Part shown: positions 1 to 10,241 of the stretch, in pieces | Layout: every line of letters starts with the position of its first letter | Position numbering within the stretch: the stretch's first letter is position 1 | DNA from: Naegleria gruberi | Taxonomy: Eukaryota | Assembly: GCA_000004985.1 (NCBI GenBank) | Contig: GG738897.1 | Length of the DNA stretch: 64,000 bases | Strand: one strand, 5' to 3' | Notes under the pieces: generated by a model | What the model saw: the letters and a program-made list of their open reading frames with translations, nothing else | Told to the model about the DNA's origin: nothing | Database searches by the model: none | Translations under genes and position numbers: made by a program

Positions 1-726
1 ATTCTCCAATAAACTTTTCAATGTCAAATTTGGTTGGATTGTAATATCCTTTACAATAACTTGGTTCACACAATCAAAGTGATAAGTTTCTGATTTGGTT
101 GCTTCCAAACTAAACTCTTGGAAGGTTATTTGTTCAACTTCTTCAGCTTTGCATTTTCTAGACTGCAGTTCTGCAAAGTTTCGAACATAAAGTTTAGTCA
201 TTTGATTGTACCAAACTGCTGGTGGATCACTCTTTAAAATTTGAATATCCTGTAAATGAGGACGAATCTTTCTTATAAATTCATCACTTTCGACTAGTGG
301 AAATTCTAATTTCAGTACAATTACCTTCTTCAAATCGGTGTGGTCAAGAATATTGATATCTTTAAAAGCAGACTTGAAGAATTCAGTGTCTGATGTGAGA
401 ATATTGATCGATTCAAGATATGGAGAGAATGAAAACAGTTCACCACTCAAATCTAGGTTGTGTATGAAGCCACATCCATTAAATTCAATATTCTGAATTA
501 AACTATTCGAATCTAAAAGTTTCAACATTTCATACGGACTACCAAGAATGACATTCCCTAAAAATAACACTGATCCGAATCTTGTCAAGAAATCTACTTC
601 ATTAATGGTATAGGAATTCACCATAGAAAGTGAACAGTCTTGTAATTCAAAATTTGAATTATTAGAAACTAAACTCTCAAGTAATTGCAACTGTTCTTCG
701 TTTCTTATGAATCCTCCCTTGTTCAT
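1..726 (-). CDS. Hypothetical LRR-like protein, N-terminal part. The gene runs off the window start.
   Basis: An uninterrupted minus-strand reading frame runs from the ATG at 726..724 to coordinate 1. The translation is MNKGGFIRNEEQLQLLESLVSNNSNFELQDCSLSMVNSYTINEVDFLTRFGSVLFLGNVILGSPYEMLKLLDSN.... It has a leucine-rich periodicity resembling the other F-box/LRR genes in this window. The ORF track omits it because it is open at the window edge. Confidence 0.4.
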   Translation of the reverse strand, partial: MNKGGFIRNEEQLQLLESLVSNNSNFELQDCSLSMVNSYTINEVDFLTRFGSVLFLGNVILGSPYEMLKLLDSNSLIQNIEFNGCGFIHNLDLSGELFSFSPYLESINILTSDTEFFKSAFKDINILDHTDLKKVIVLKLEFPLVESDEFIRKIRPHLQDIQILKSDPPAVWYNQMTKLYVRNFAELQSRKCKAEEVEQITFQEFSLEATKSETYHFDCVNQVIVKDITIQPNLTLKSLLEN

Positions 727-1766
727 TTTGATCAATTGGAGAAGTCTCTTTTCGGGGAGTGACTTTGATAATGCCACAACAAGTCCCAAAAAATCTTCTC
801 CCAACAACTTTAAGATGATAAAAAAGTTGTCATTAGCAAGTTTTTCGAGTCTTGATTTTTGGTTTCTGTTGTACATGGTGTATTATGTGGATCAGGGAAG
901 GAAGGTGTGTGATGTTATTGAGTTTTGGTGTTTTTTTTGGGTTAATTTTGGAACAAGTTGAGTTGTTTGCTGTAAACCTCACCACAAAATTCACGTTCAG
1001 CAAAACTTTTTGTTTTGAACCTTCCATTACAATTTTTCCATGTTTGGTCGTTATGATGGAACAATTTAGCAATTAATTGAGTGATGGCCCAATAGGTTCT
1101 GCATTATTTTCCTGATCGAATTCAATACACCACTTTCTATATGATGGAAAATCATATTGGATAAGCTAATAGAAATTGACATGAAAATCAGTGGATGGTG
1201 TGAACTCCTAGAGAGTTGATATGACTAGCAGAACCAACAACTCATCATGATTCATATGATGATGAATTATTAGTAGCACTCGATGTTCTAATCACAATAG
1301 GTTCCAAAATACTATGATCTGTTAATGATTGAACCTGTTCATGGAAGAGTGTAACACTGTCCTTTCTTTTCTGTTTGTTTCCGACAATCACTTGGTCAAT
1401 ATTACTCAATAATTCATGATGAATTGATCAAAATAATGGAACACAAGAAAATATACCCAAGTATTCAAAGGATTCATCACAATTAAACAAATTTCATAGA
1501 AAACAGGAGAAATGTAATTAGGAATCATTTAGTTATAGTACTTTTCAACTTCCTCACGTTCTGGAAGTTCTTCAACAATTCTAATAGGATGAAGAAAAGT
1601 ATCCAAAGATGATAAATTCCTGTCTTCATCAGCAGTACTAATAAAATAGTAATGCAGACAACATGCGGGATAAAATATTCGCAATTTTTTCTGTGTGGAA
1701 TCTTGTGGAATCTTTGCAGAGCTTGCAGTTTTGATAGAACTATATTGGTAGGCAATCTTTTCTTTG

Positions 1767-3203
1767 TTAAAGGAGTGGTTTTGAAGTGTTGATTCGTTGG
1801 TTTTGTAAAAAAGTTTCAACACTATTTGAAAGATAAGGAAATAAAGTTGAAAAAGACTGTTTTCCAATACAAATGATGTTTGAGTACTTATTTCTTGATA
1901 ATCTTTCCACCTCCTTATTTGGATGTAAGCGAATTATTACATTAAGGGAAACACCTTTTTTAATTGACTCCCATACTTGACATCTTGAGCTTTCCCACCA
2001 TTCATTAAGCTTGCTATTATTGGCTTCTTTAATATTTTTCACAAACAAGTCAAATTCACTGTCTGTATCAAGCTCTTTAATCGATTCCAATTCATTGAAA
2101 GTGGATTCTACACTATTATCATTTTCGTTGATATTAGACTCAATTTCATTCACAGTGGTTGATTGGTTTTCATCACTTGATCCATTGCCAATTTGTATTT
2201 TCAATTCTTGTTTAGCTTTTGTAACTTCAATACCTTTGCTAAAATTATTAATAAAATTATTAAGGACACTTGTAGGTGTGTCATTCTTTCTTAATAAAGT
2301 TATTGTTTCTAAATCTATAGTGTTATATTCGTTTAAATACATTAGTTCAGGAGCCAATGATTTATATCCAATATCTAAATCATTTCCAGTAAGTGCTTTT
2401 ATACTTATTCGAAAATGAACTGGAGTATAATTGGCTAAATAGAATAAATAAATATCTGTATGATTATGATCTGATGGAAACAATGCTATTTGATCTATCT
2501 TTTGATAATCTTCTTTTTTAATAAACCGAAAGAATAATTGTTCACCTGAATATTTATCTGATTCACTATCAATCCAATTATTATCTTTACAATAATCATA
2601 AAAACTTGATGAATTGAATAATCTTTTACATCTAACCTTGCAATCCAATATTGGTATGACATCAGGTTGCAATACGTATTTCGTAGAAACTATCATACTT
2701 TTTAAGGTAATATCAAGCGATGTCAAGGCAATACCAATTACTGGTTCCATAATTTCTTCTCTATCAGAAAGTGTTAATAATTGGGAACTAATGGTTTGAG
2801 GAGTATCTGAATATGGAAAGTTCATATTACTTAAATATTGAACACAAAAACCATATCCAAGTGCATCAACAGCATAGAATTGTAGCTCGTTATCACTGGA
2901 AGGACCGGTTATTCCTGACATTACTAAATTTTTAGCAACTTGTCCATCTTTTACAATAAATGTTGATCCCAATATTTCTGGAAACTTGTGGTGCATGATA
3001 TATTTCATTAATACTAATTTAAATGATTCCATGTAAATCTGTCTAGACTTTTCCATACGTTCTTCGAATGATTTACATTTGCTTTTAATGTATTCTTTCA
3101 TTTTTGTTTCTGAATTCATAAATGCTCCTGTTACATCCTTTTTTTGATCCATCATATCAGATGTAAAATATAAAGAGCCTGTCTTCTTCTCATTGGAAAC
3201 CAT
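1767..3203 (-). CDS. Hypothetical protein of 478 aa. It may be the C-terminal exon(s) of a larger P-loop NTPase gene spanning 1767..4819.
   Basis: A long ORF with an ATG at 3203. It overlaps the 3152..3448 ORF in another frame. A GTAAAG...AGACAG micro-intron of about 32 nt would join the two in phase (...FGIDELNE-C-SLYFTSDMMDQ...). No recognisable domain. Confidence 0.45.
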   Translation of the reverse strand: MVSNEKKTGSLYFTSDMMDQKKDVTGAFMNSETKMKEYIKSKCKSFEERMEKSRQIYMESFKLVLMKYIMHHKFPEILGSTFIVKDGQVAKNLVMSGITGPSSDNELQFYAVDALGYGFCVQYLSNMNFPYSDTPQTISSQLLTLSDREEIMEPVIGIALTSLDITLKSMIVSTKYVLQPDVIPILDCKVRCKRLFNSSSFYDYCKDNNWIDSESDKYSGEQLFFRFIKKEDYQKIDQIALFPSDHNHTDIYLFYLANYTPVHFRISIKALTGNDLDIGYKSLAPELMYLNEYNTIDLETITLLRKNDTPTSVLNNFINNFSKGIEVTKAKQELKIQIGNGSSDENQSTTVNEIESNINENDNSVESTFNELESIKELDTDSEFDLFVKNIKEANNSKLNEWWESSRCQVWESIKKGVSLNVIIRLHPNKEVERLSRNKYSNIICIGKQSFSTLFPYLSNSVETFLQNQRINTSKPLL

Positions 3204-3448
3204 GCTTTACACTCATTCAATTCATCGATACCAAATTTAACATTATGCACAAGCATGAAATGAATAAATTGTTCCATATTTAAATATTGAAAACTGTATA
3301 ATTTACAACATTCTTGAGATAATTCTGTTTTTGCCATACCTGAACGAATCATGGAAGTGATATCTATATCAAATGATGTACCTGCAAACAGGGAAGCTGA
3401 TGATGCAACAATATTAATTTCAGTTGCAAGACACTCAATATACCACAA
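3152..3448 (-). CDS. Possible internal exon linking the 3518..4819 and 1767..3203 ORFs.
   Basis: A 98-aa ORF with a TTG 'start' in the track. It lies between a GTAAGT donor at the 3' end of the upstream ORF and the overlapping downstream ORF. I could not close the splice phases unambiguously. Confidence 0.2.
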   Translation of the reverse strand: MWYIECLATEINIVASSASLFAGTSFDIDITSMIRSGMAKTELSQECCKLYSFQYLNMEQFIHFMLVHNVKFGIDELNECKAWFPMRRRQALYILHLI

Positions 3449-3517
3449 TGACGTGGGTTAATAGAAAAAAATCTTTGAGAAGATCTGAAACATTTTCAAT
3501 GTATAATTTGCTGCAAC

Positions 3518-4819
3518 TTACGCTTCAAATAAATTTGCTTCATCAACACAAATAATAAACTTTTCTGAGTTGATCTTGACTTCTTTTAAATTAACCAATA
3601 TGGTTGACATTAGATCTTTACAAACTTTACGTAATACTGCAATATCACAATAATGATAATTTTTAGAAACCAAGATATCAAATATATTTCCCTCTATTTT
3701 GGTATTACCATTACATTGATTGAATGAAATTAAGGAGAGTAAACAACCCTCAAAACAATCAATTTGTTGTTGTGTGACACTTTTTAAAATTAATAAAATA
3801 TGTAACATTTTTGTAATTAACAATAATTGACATAATTGTCGAATTGTAACAAATCTATCTTGAGTCTTTTTAATATATGTCAGAAATGTTGTTGAGCCTT
3901 TATCTTGAGCATTTGCATTAACAAATTCGGCTTCATGTGCTCCACATATATAAATACCTGGATATCTTGAAAGTGATCTGATAATTAGACCTGTTTTTCC
4001 CATTCCACTAGGTGATATTATTATAACTGGTAACTTTGAATTTTCAATATTGTTTTCAATAATTTTATCATTCTCTTCACTGACTTGAAGACTTGGTAAA
4101 TGTGGAAATAAATGAAACGCTAATTCGTTACTGAGATTCCTTTTAAATGAAGGTAATTCTATATGCCCATCGTATTTCTTTTTCATAATAGTTCCAATTT
4201 CAATTGTACAATTTCTAATACAATGATTCAAATCATCAATACTAATAGTTGGTGGTATAATGTTATTTCTTGTTAAATATTCTAAATAGCACTTGTCATA
4301 ATAATCTACAACGTTAACTGATGAAGGTAGTTGAAGTAATTCTATTACCTTAGTATCTACAAAGGTTTTTATCAACCAACCAGCAATCATAATTGCCATT
4401 ACTTCACAAGTTACCTTATTAGATTTCATCAGATAATCTACCATTACTTGTTTAGCCTCTAATGGAGTATATGATGATTTGATGGCTGTTGTATATTCAT
4501 CAATGGCCGCTTCTAAATGCAATCCACGAAGAGCATCACCTAGTGGATAGATATCATTAATTTTATCTTTTTTCACTGATTGAATATCATTATCATCAAG
4601 GGCCAATTCTTCCATCAGAATTTGCAATACCTCCTCATGTTTAATGTACTTTAAGTTTTCCAACAACAACAAATAATTTGGCTTGGTTTTCTTTGATGAA
4701 GAAGAAAAAGCAGCGATCAATTTTCTCTTATGGCTATTAGTACTGTCCTCTAAGGTACTTTCTTGGGTGGTTGATTGTTCGGGTTGTGAAGGAGTGGCTG
4801 CAGGAGGTTGCTTTTGCAT
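3518..4819 (-). CDS. P-loop NTPase (Walker A/B; STAND- or AAA+-like). Probably the 5' exon of a longer gene.
   Basis: ATG at 4819. Walker A VIIISPSGMGKTGLI and Walker B FIICVDEAN lie at the extreme C-terminus of the ORF. The stop codon sits inside a canonical donor (TTTGAAGC|GTAAGTTGC at about 3526). The reading frame therefore most likely continues past an intron, because a functional ATPase needs sensor and arginine-finger regions after Walker B. Confidence 0.55.
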   Translation of the reverse strand: MQKQPPAATPSQPEQSTTQESTLEDSTNSHKRKLIAAFSSSSKKTKPNYLLLLENLKYIKHEEVLQILMEELALDDNDIQSVKKDKINDIYPLGDALRGLHLEAAIDEYTTAIKSSYTPLEAKQVMVDYLMKSNKVTCEVMAIMIAGWLIKTFVDTKVIELLQLPSSVNVVDYYDKCYLEYLTRNNIIPPTISIDDLNHCIRNCTIEIGTIMKKKYDGHIELPSFKRNLSNELAFHLFPHLPSLQVSEENDKIIENNIENSKLPVIIISPSGMGKTGLIIRSLSRYPGIYICGAHEAEFVNANAQDKGSTTFLTYIKKTQDRFVTIRQLCQLLLITKMLHILLILKSVTQQQIDCFEGCLLSLISFNQCNGNTKIEGNIFDILVSKNYHYCDIAVLRKVCKDLMSTILVNLKEVKINSEKFIICVDEANLFEA

Positions 4820-4893
4820 TTTTTTTATTCTATTAAGGACTGTTTCATAAAACTATAATCCACAACAATTTATTTAACAATATTGTTAAATAA

Positions 4894-6645
4894 TTAATTC
4901 AAAGTAAATCCATATAAATTTCCAATGTTTTTCCGATAATCAATAATGGTATTAATTGTTTGGGAGTCGATTGAATCGGTGCTTTGTTCTCTACGTTCCC
5001 TAACGAGTTCATTAAAGTTGGAAATCAAATCAGATTTTGAATTCTTATTGGATTTCCACATGGTGAGTGGAAGAAAGCTGTTCATATCAAAATAAATCAT
5101 CATGGAGTATCTGCACTCGGTATTTGAAATCCTCTCAATGTAAGACCCTCCAAATAGAGACCCCTTGGTGTGTCCTTTTGGTGGTTGAAATTTGGAGTTG
5201 TGAATTGGAAGTCTGGCTATCCAATAACTTGATTGTTTCGAATTGCAAATAGAACTAAAGGTTTCTTGATTCTTATTTTCCTTTCCAATGTGCCATTCGT
5301 GAAGAGTTTCATCTCTTGCTGAGAGACCAACATGGAAATATCTGGAAGTGAGTGGGAAATTCTTCTTTACACACAATTGACTAATAATACAGGAATAGAT
5401 ATCTCCCTGAACATAATCAATGTGCGAAGTTTCCTCAACTGCTTCTTTTGAAAAGTAGGAATCAAACATGATTCGGATAACTTCATCTGTGGATGCTTTC
5501 ACAATACCAGTTTCTTTGAAAATCTTGAATTTTTCCTTTTTTAACTTTCGTTTCGAATCTGAATTGTAATGTTTCAAATTAAGTTCGGTATAGTACGAAG
5601 TGGTTTCTCCATTCACTCCAGATTGATGCCAAATACCTTCATCTTGGTGAAGCATTTTAAAAAGTGTATAGTGCTTATCTTGGACTATTCCACTTCCGTC
5701 TAACATTACACTTTCTAATACCTCAAACACTTTGGATGAAGAAGGCATTACATGAAGTGAAGATTTAAAATCTGAGTCTCCATCATATGGGTAAGATTCT
5801 GTATCTTCTGAATTTGGTGAAAAAGCTCTGCTCGATTTTGGTGATGAACAAACTTTAGCTCCCTCAATTTCGAAACTTTCATTCGAAACCTGATTCGATT
5901 CTCGATCTTGAATAGCTTGCACCAACTTGTCTGACAATGATAAATTATCAGACATCTTTCTACAGCCCATCTGAATATAAAATCGTTCTAAAAAGTCACA
6001 AACTTGATTGATTGAAATTTTCGAAACCTTTCTAAATTCCATTGCCGATTGATCTAACACAAATTTTGCATACAGATCACTTCCAACAAATCTCATATAA
6101 TTATCAGTTCCCAAACTATAGTGAATATGTGAAAAAATCGGATCAAATATCGTAACTGGTGTTTCCTTAATCGAACACTTGGCAAATTCTTTCATAAAAT
6201 TTTCCTTCACATGATTCGGCAAGTTTAGTTGATTTGCAGAACAATCCTTTACATAAATATCAACCAATTCGTGTCCTAATTTAAATCTATTCTTTGCAGA
6301 TTTCAGCAATTTGAATTCATCCAATTTAAAGATAAACTTCAAAGTCATAACATTTTGCTCAAGTTCGAGAAATTCATGAAAAAGTTGGACGAACGAATCT
6401 TGAAAACCTCGATCGAGAAAATCATCAAATGGAAGGGTGAATGAGTGGGAAACATCCTTTAGAAAGTTTGATAGAATGATGGTTTGTAGTTCTCCTAGCG
6501 GGAGTTGAAATTTGTATTCGTTTAGAATATTGTTGGGTTTCGAAAAGTTTCGGGTATCAAAGGATCGTTGTTTTGTAGGTGATGATGGTTTGGTGATGAA
6601 TAGCAGAGAAGGTGAAGAAGCACCTTTGGGCGAGGTTTGTGTCAT
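4894..6645 (-). CDS. RGS (regulator of G-protein signalling) domain protein, 583 aa.
   Basis: ATG at 6645. The region FDDFLDRGFQDSFVQLFHEFLELEQNVM...LGHELVDIYVKDCSANQLNLPNHVKENFMKEFAK...DNYMRFVGSDLY follows the RGS-box pattern (F..FL..EfS.EN..F; IY..Yi...A...vNl; F..aq..i...m..d.y.RF..S.lY). The C-terminal half has no assigned domain. Confidence 0.55.
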   Translation of the reverse strand: MTQTSPKGASSPSLLFITKPSSPTKQRSFDTRNFSKPNNILNEYKFQLPLGELQTIILSNFLKDVSHSFTLPFDDFLDRGFQDSFVQLFHEFLELEQNVMTLKFIFKLDEFKLLKSAKNRFKLGHELVDIYVKDCSANQLNLPNHVKENFMKEFAKCSIKETPVTIFDPIFSHIHYSLGTDNYMRFVGSDLYAKFVLDQSAMEFRKVSKISINQVCDFLERFYIQMGCRKMSDNLSLSDKLVQAIQDRESNQVSNESFEIEGAKVCSSPKSSRAFSPNSEDTESYPYDGDSDFKSSLHVMPSSSKVFEVLESVMLDGSGIVQDKHYTLFKMLHQDEGIWHQSGVNGETTSYYTELNLKHYNSDSKRKLKKEKFKIFKETGIVKASTDEVIRIMFDSYFSKEAVEETSHIDYVQGDIYSCIISQLCVKKNFPLTSRYFHVGLSARDETLHEWHIGKENKNQETFSSICNSKQSSYWIARLPIHNSKFQPPKGHTKGSLFGGSYIERISNTECRYSMMIYFDMNSFLPLTMWKSNKNSKSDLISNFNELVRERREQSTDSIDSQTINTIIDYRKNIGNLYGFTLN

Positions 6646-6884
6646 TTTGTTTTCTTTTGAAAGTAGACGAAAGATCTATCTCTAATACAATGACAATTAA
6701 ATTCATCACTTAACCAAAGAGTATGTGCAAAATCTCAGAAAGGAAAGAATACCTGCCTTCGATCCAATAATTCACCGAATCTCTCTTCAACTTATTCGAA
6801 TCCACAGATTCGTATTTCAAATATTCCAAACATACTTACAATATTCTATCTAACACAATAATGGTCATGGATCTTTATTTTTAT

Positions 6885-8212
6885 TTATTTTCTAATAAAC
6901 TCATCAATCTCCTTAATGAACTTTTCTCCATAAAATTGGACCCAATGTGAGCTTTCTTTCACAATGAAAACCTTTGATTTCTTTTGAGCTTCCTCAGTCA
7001 ATGCTTCTCTCAATGCAAATTGTGAAGTTTCCTCAGTCAAATATCTATCATTCTCAGCATGTAAGAACAATACAGGGACATTCACCTTTTCCTTATCGAA
7101 ACTACGTTTAGATTGAGAACGGAAAGCTCCTCTGTAGAATGAGGTTGCTGTGGTAAAGCTGGATCTGATATTTTGCAACCAGAATTTTGCCTCTTCAGCA
7201 CTTAATCTTCCTTTACGACCTTCTTCGTCAAAAACTCCAAAGTTCAATAAGAATGCAAAATCATTCTTCCTAAAAAGGTAGTCACTCAATCCAAGAGCTT
7301 GAAGGAAAAAGACATACCAACTCTTGTACACTTGAGTTAGGAATGGTCCAAAGTTTTCCTTAATGTACTTTCCTTGATTAGCTCTGATGGCTACTCCAAG
7401 AACTGCCTTTTCAATAATTTCAGGATATTCTCTTTTTAAATTGGAAATTCAAGATGAAAAAGTTTCTGATACAACTTACCTCATTGTATAAGTTAATGTG
7501 GCTGCTCCCCAATCGTGCGAAATGAAAATTGCCTTTGTTCTCTTTGCATATTCAGTAACAAGGAGTTGATAATCCTTTGCCAATTTAACATCAATATATT
7601 CATTGGCAATTCCATTAAGATCTTGGAGATATTTCTTTAAAGATTCAAAGGTCAATTCAGATGGTAGACCATTATTGATTTGTTTCAAATCGACTCCTTC
7701 AGGAACTGGCTTTGAACTTGTATTGTATCCTCTATTTAAATTGTAATAAATTGTAATAAATATTTGATCAATTACAAAAATTATTCAATAAACAATAAAA
7801 CAAACCTCATATCAGGTGCAATTACCCAATATCCTTGTTGAATGAAATGGTCCAAATACCTTCCATAACAAAGCAAGGCACTCTCTGGATAGCCATGCAT
7901 AAAAATCAACAATTTCTGATTGGCATCTCCTTCCTTTCTTCCTCCTTCCAAAGCATTAAAAACAATTCCATTCGAAAGTGAAATCTTGACAAAGCTAGCC
8001 AATTTAGGTGGGAAATTCATGGTAACACCATTGGCTTTCATGATTGGACCCATCTTTTGATGGTATTCTTCAAGAGTTTGAATAGGCCAATCTTTACTCA
8101 ATTGATCAAGAGTTGGGAATGGATAAAAAGCAATATAACCAATCAATGCTGCAATGATCAAAAAGATGGTTAGAAAAATGGTCCGACAACAGGAAAAGAG
8201 CAATCTGAACAT
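6885..8212 (-). CDS. Epoxide hydrolase-like alpha/beta-hydrolase (EPHX3/4-like, N-terminal membrane anchor). Three exons.
   Basis: Exons are 8212..7806, 7731..7480 and 7431..6885. The introns are GTTTGT...AAATAG and GTAAGT...AAAAAG, both ending the exon in phase 2. The spliced product LLIFMHGYPESALLCYGRYLDHFIQQGYWVIAPDM-R-GYNTSSKPVPEG...AIFISHDWGAA...M-R-EYPEIIEKAVLGV...VPVLFLHAENDRYL matches the epoxide-hydrolase motifs HGxPE, YRVxAxDMxGYGxSSxP, HDWG and FYPERV. The track lists the start as TTG. The first ATG is at 8212. Confidence 0.8.
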
Positions 8213-8495
8213 TTTTTTCAATATTAATAAATTAATAAATAATTAATAAAGTGTTTCAAGTGTTTGAAAATTGATGCAAGTATTGGAATAGATGCGGAGG
8301 ATTATTGGTTGAGTCCTCTGTGGCCTTTAATGGAAATGATGGTGATGTAATCAATCCTCAAATGATCTTTGCTTGTTGGCTTACAAAATAGTTGCAGATG
8401 ATTGTTTCATCAATTTTCATTGAACAATTACAATTGTATTGATATTAAGGTATATTATTATTTTAATCTTTGTAAAATTTACAAATGAACATTAT

Positions 8496-9942
8496 TTACA
8501 ATTGATCAGCAGGCCAGTAATTTTGAATTTGTTGATATTTGGTTTGATCCTTTCTCTTCAAAACTGAAAATCTTCTCGAGAAGATTCTATAACCCAACAA
8601 TCCCATAAGAATGACACCAAACAACAATCCAACAATGGCAACTGCAAGAACAATGACAACGAGAATAATCAAAACACCTTCTCCTTTGCAATCTCCACCA
8701 CCACATCCTCCCATATCACAATTTCCACAATCTCCTCCACCACCATATCCACCTTGACAATTCATGCATCCTAAATAGCAGCAACTACCACCACCTCCAT
8801 AATTAGGACGACCATAAAGTGATGACCAGAAGCAATACCAGAAGAACATATCGGAGCAAGCATAGGTTGAGTAAGGTCTTGAATAGTAAGGATAAGTATC
8901 ATAGGTATAGAACTCTTCTGTAGTACAACAATTTCCAAAGAATGTTCCATTAATCATCTTATTCAAAAGAATGATACCACTACAACATAATCCAAACAAT
9001 CCTAAAAAGAAGAAGAACATGACCAATCCACAACTATTTGATATTTCACATCATTAATAATACAATTATCATCATCATTAATATATTAGTGAAATGAATA
9101 TAAATTAAAACTCACATATATGAAACCAGATAGATATTCATTTCAGTTCCGAATAATTTAGCTCTCAATCCATAATCATAATCACACAATGCAAAGAATC
9201 CAGCACAAGCCAAAACTAAAACTTGCCAAACAGCAAGAATGATAGCAAAATCGACAGTTACCAAAGCTCCAAACTTTGCCACAGTCTTTGGTTTGTATCC
9301 ACAACATCCGTCCTTCCCTACTACTTCTGTTCCATCGAGAACTCTGCCATTCTCATCCACATCTTTAATATCATATGTATGTGAGCAAATATCACAAGCA
9401 TAGAAAGAGGAAGCCTTTGGACTCACAGATCTCCATTGATCCTGTTATTATTATTATTATTAATTAATTAGTATTATCATCATTAATTTTACATTGTTGA
9501 TTTGTTATTGATTATTTAAATATATATTATCATCATACAAAATTAAATATATTTGAATTATTAATTATTAGATGAATAAACACTTACCAAACAATAACGA
9601 TGAACAAATTTCATCGATCCTGTACATTTGCACGGAGCAATATAATCATCATTGGCAGTTAAAACTCCATGACAACAACGACAAATCTTGTCCTCTGAAT
9701 CATCGTGATGATGGTGCAGAGAAACCTAACAACAAAATAATATTAGTTAATATCGTCCATCATACAAATATTAAAAAACATACATTTTCCAAACTGCTAT
9801 TATGTTGTTGATGTAAATAGTATGGATCCGATGAGTTGGCATAATAACTATTCGGTGTTGGATTATTGCTTGGCAATGATGGCTCACTCAATAGTTTATT
9901 CTTTGCGAGGGAATCATCATGAGGATGATTGTCAATGACCAT
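8496..9942 (-). CDS. MARCH-type RING-CH E3 ubiquitin ligase with C-terminal TM helices and a Gly/Cys-rich segment. Four exons.
   Basis: Exons are 9942..9763, 9725..9588, 9441..9116 and 9033..8496. The donors are GTATGT, GTAAGT and GTGAGT. The acceptors are TTGTTGTTAG, AATAACAG and AAATAG, and all phases close. The spliced sequence SLHHHHDDSEDKICRCCHGVLTANDDYIAPCKCTGSMKFVHRYCL|DQWRSVSPKASSFYACDICSHTY fits the C4HC3 RING-CH signature (C..C...C.C...H..CL..W.....C..C). The GGGGSCCYLGCMNCQGGYGGGGDCGNCDMGGCGGGDCKG segment lies between TM helices. The first in-frame ATG after the upstream stop is at 9942. The track start at 10071 is TTG. Confidence 0.7.
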
Positions 9943-10241
9943 TTCTTGTCTATCTACTGTATTATTTGAAGGTTTTTTATTGGAAGAAGTTGTAAGTTGA
10001 AGTTTATCGAAAAAACTGAAAATTGATTTTGGAGTGGAAATGAATTGGAAGATAAATAGACAGGCTAACAATTGTTGAACTAAAATAGAGTATTTGATTG
10101 TTTTACAATACTGTTTTTACATCCTGATGTGAAAAACATCTAGAGATTTTGATTCCAATAATAAAATCCTAAACCTTTCGTTTTTGTGCTGATTGGTTGG
10201 CTATCCCTTTTTAAATAACTGTACTAATGGTTGTAAATAGC

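Noticed and set aside
707-1076. Small overlapping ORFs on both strands (707..961, 833..1072, 852..1076).
   Set aside because: They are short and mutually overlapping. The first is antisense to the real ATG region of the partial LRR gene. No motif was found.
10071-10122. An upstream ATG at 10122 as the start of the MARCH gene.
   Set aside because: A TAA at 10119..10117 lies between it and the ORF. The first usable in-frame ATG after that stop is at 9942, and the track's start at 10071 is TTG.
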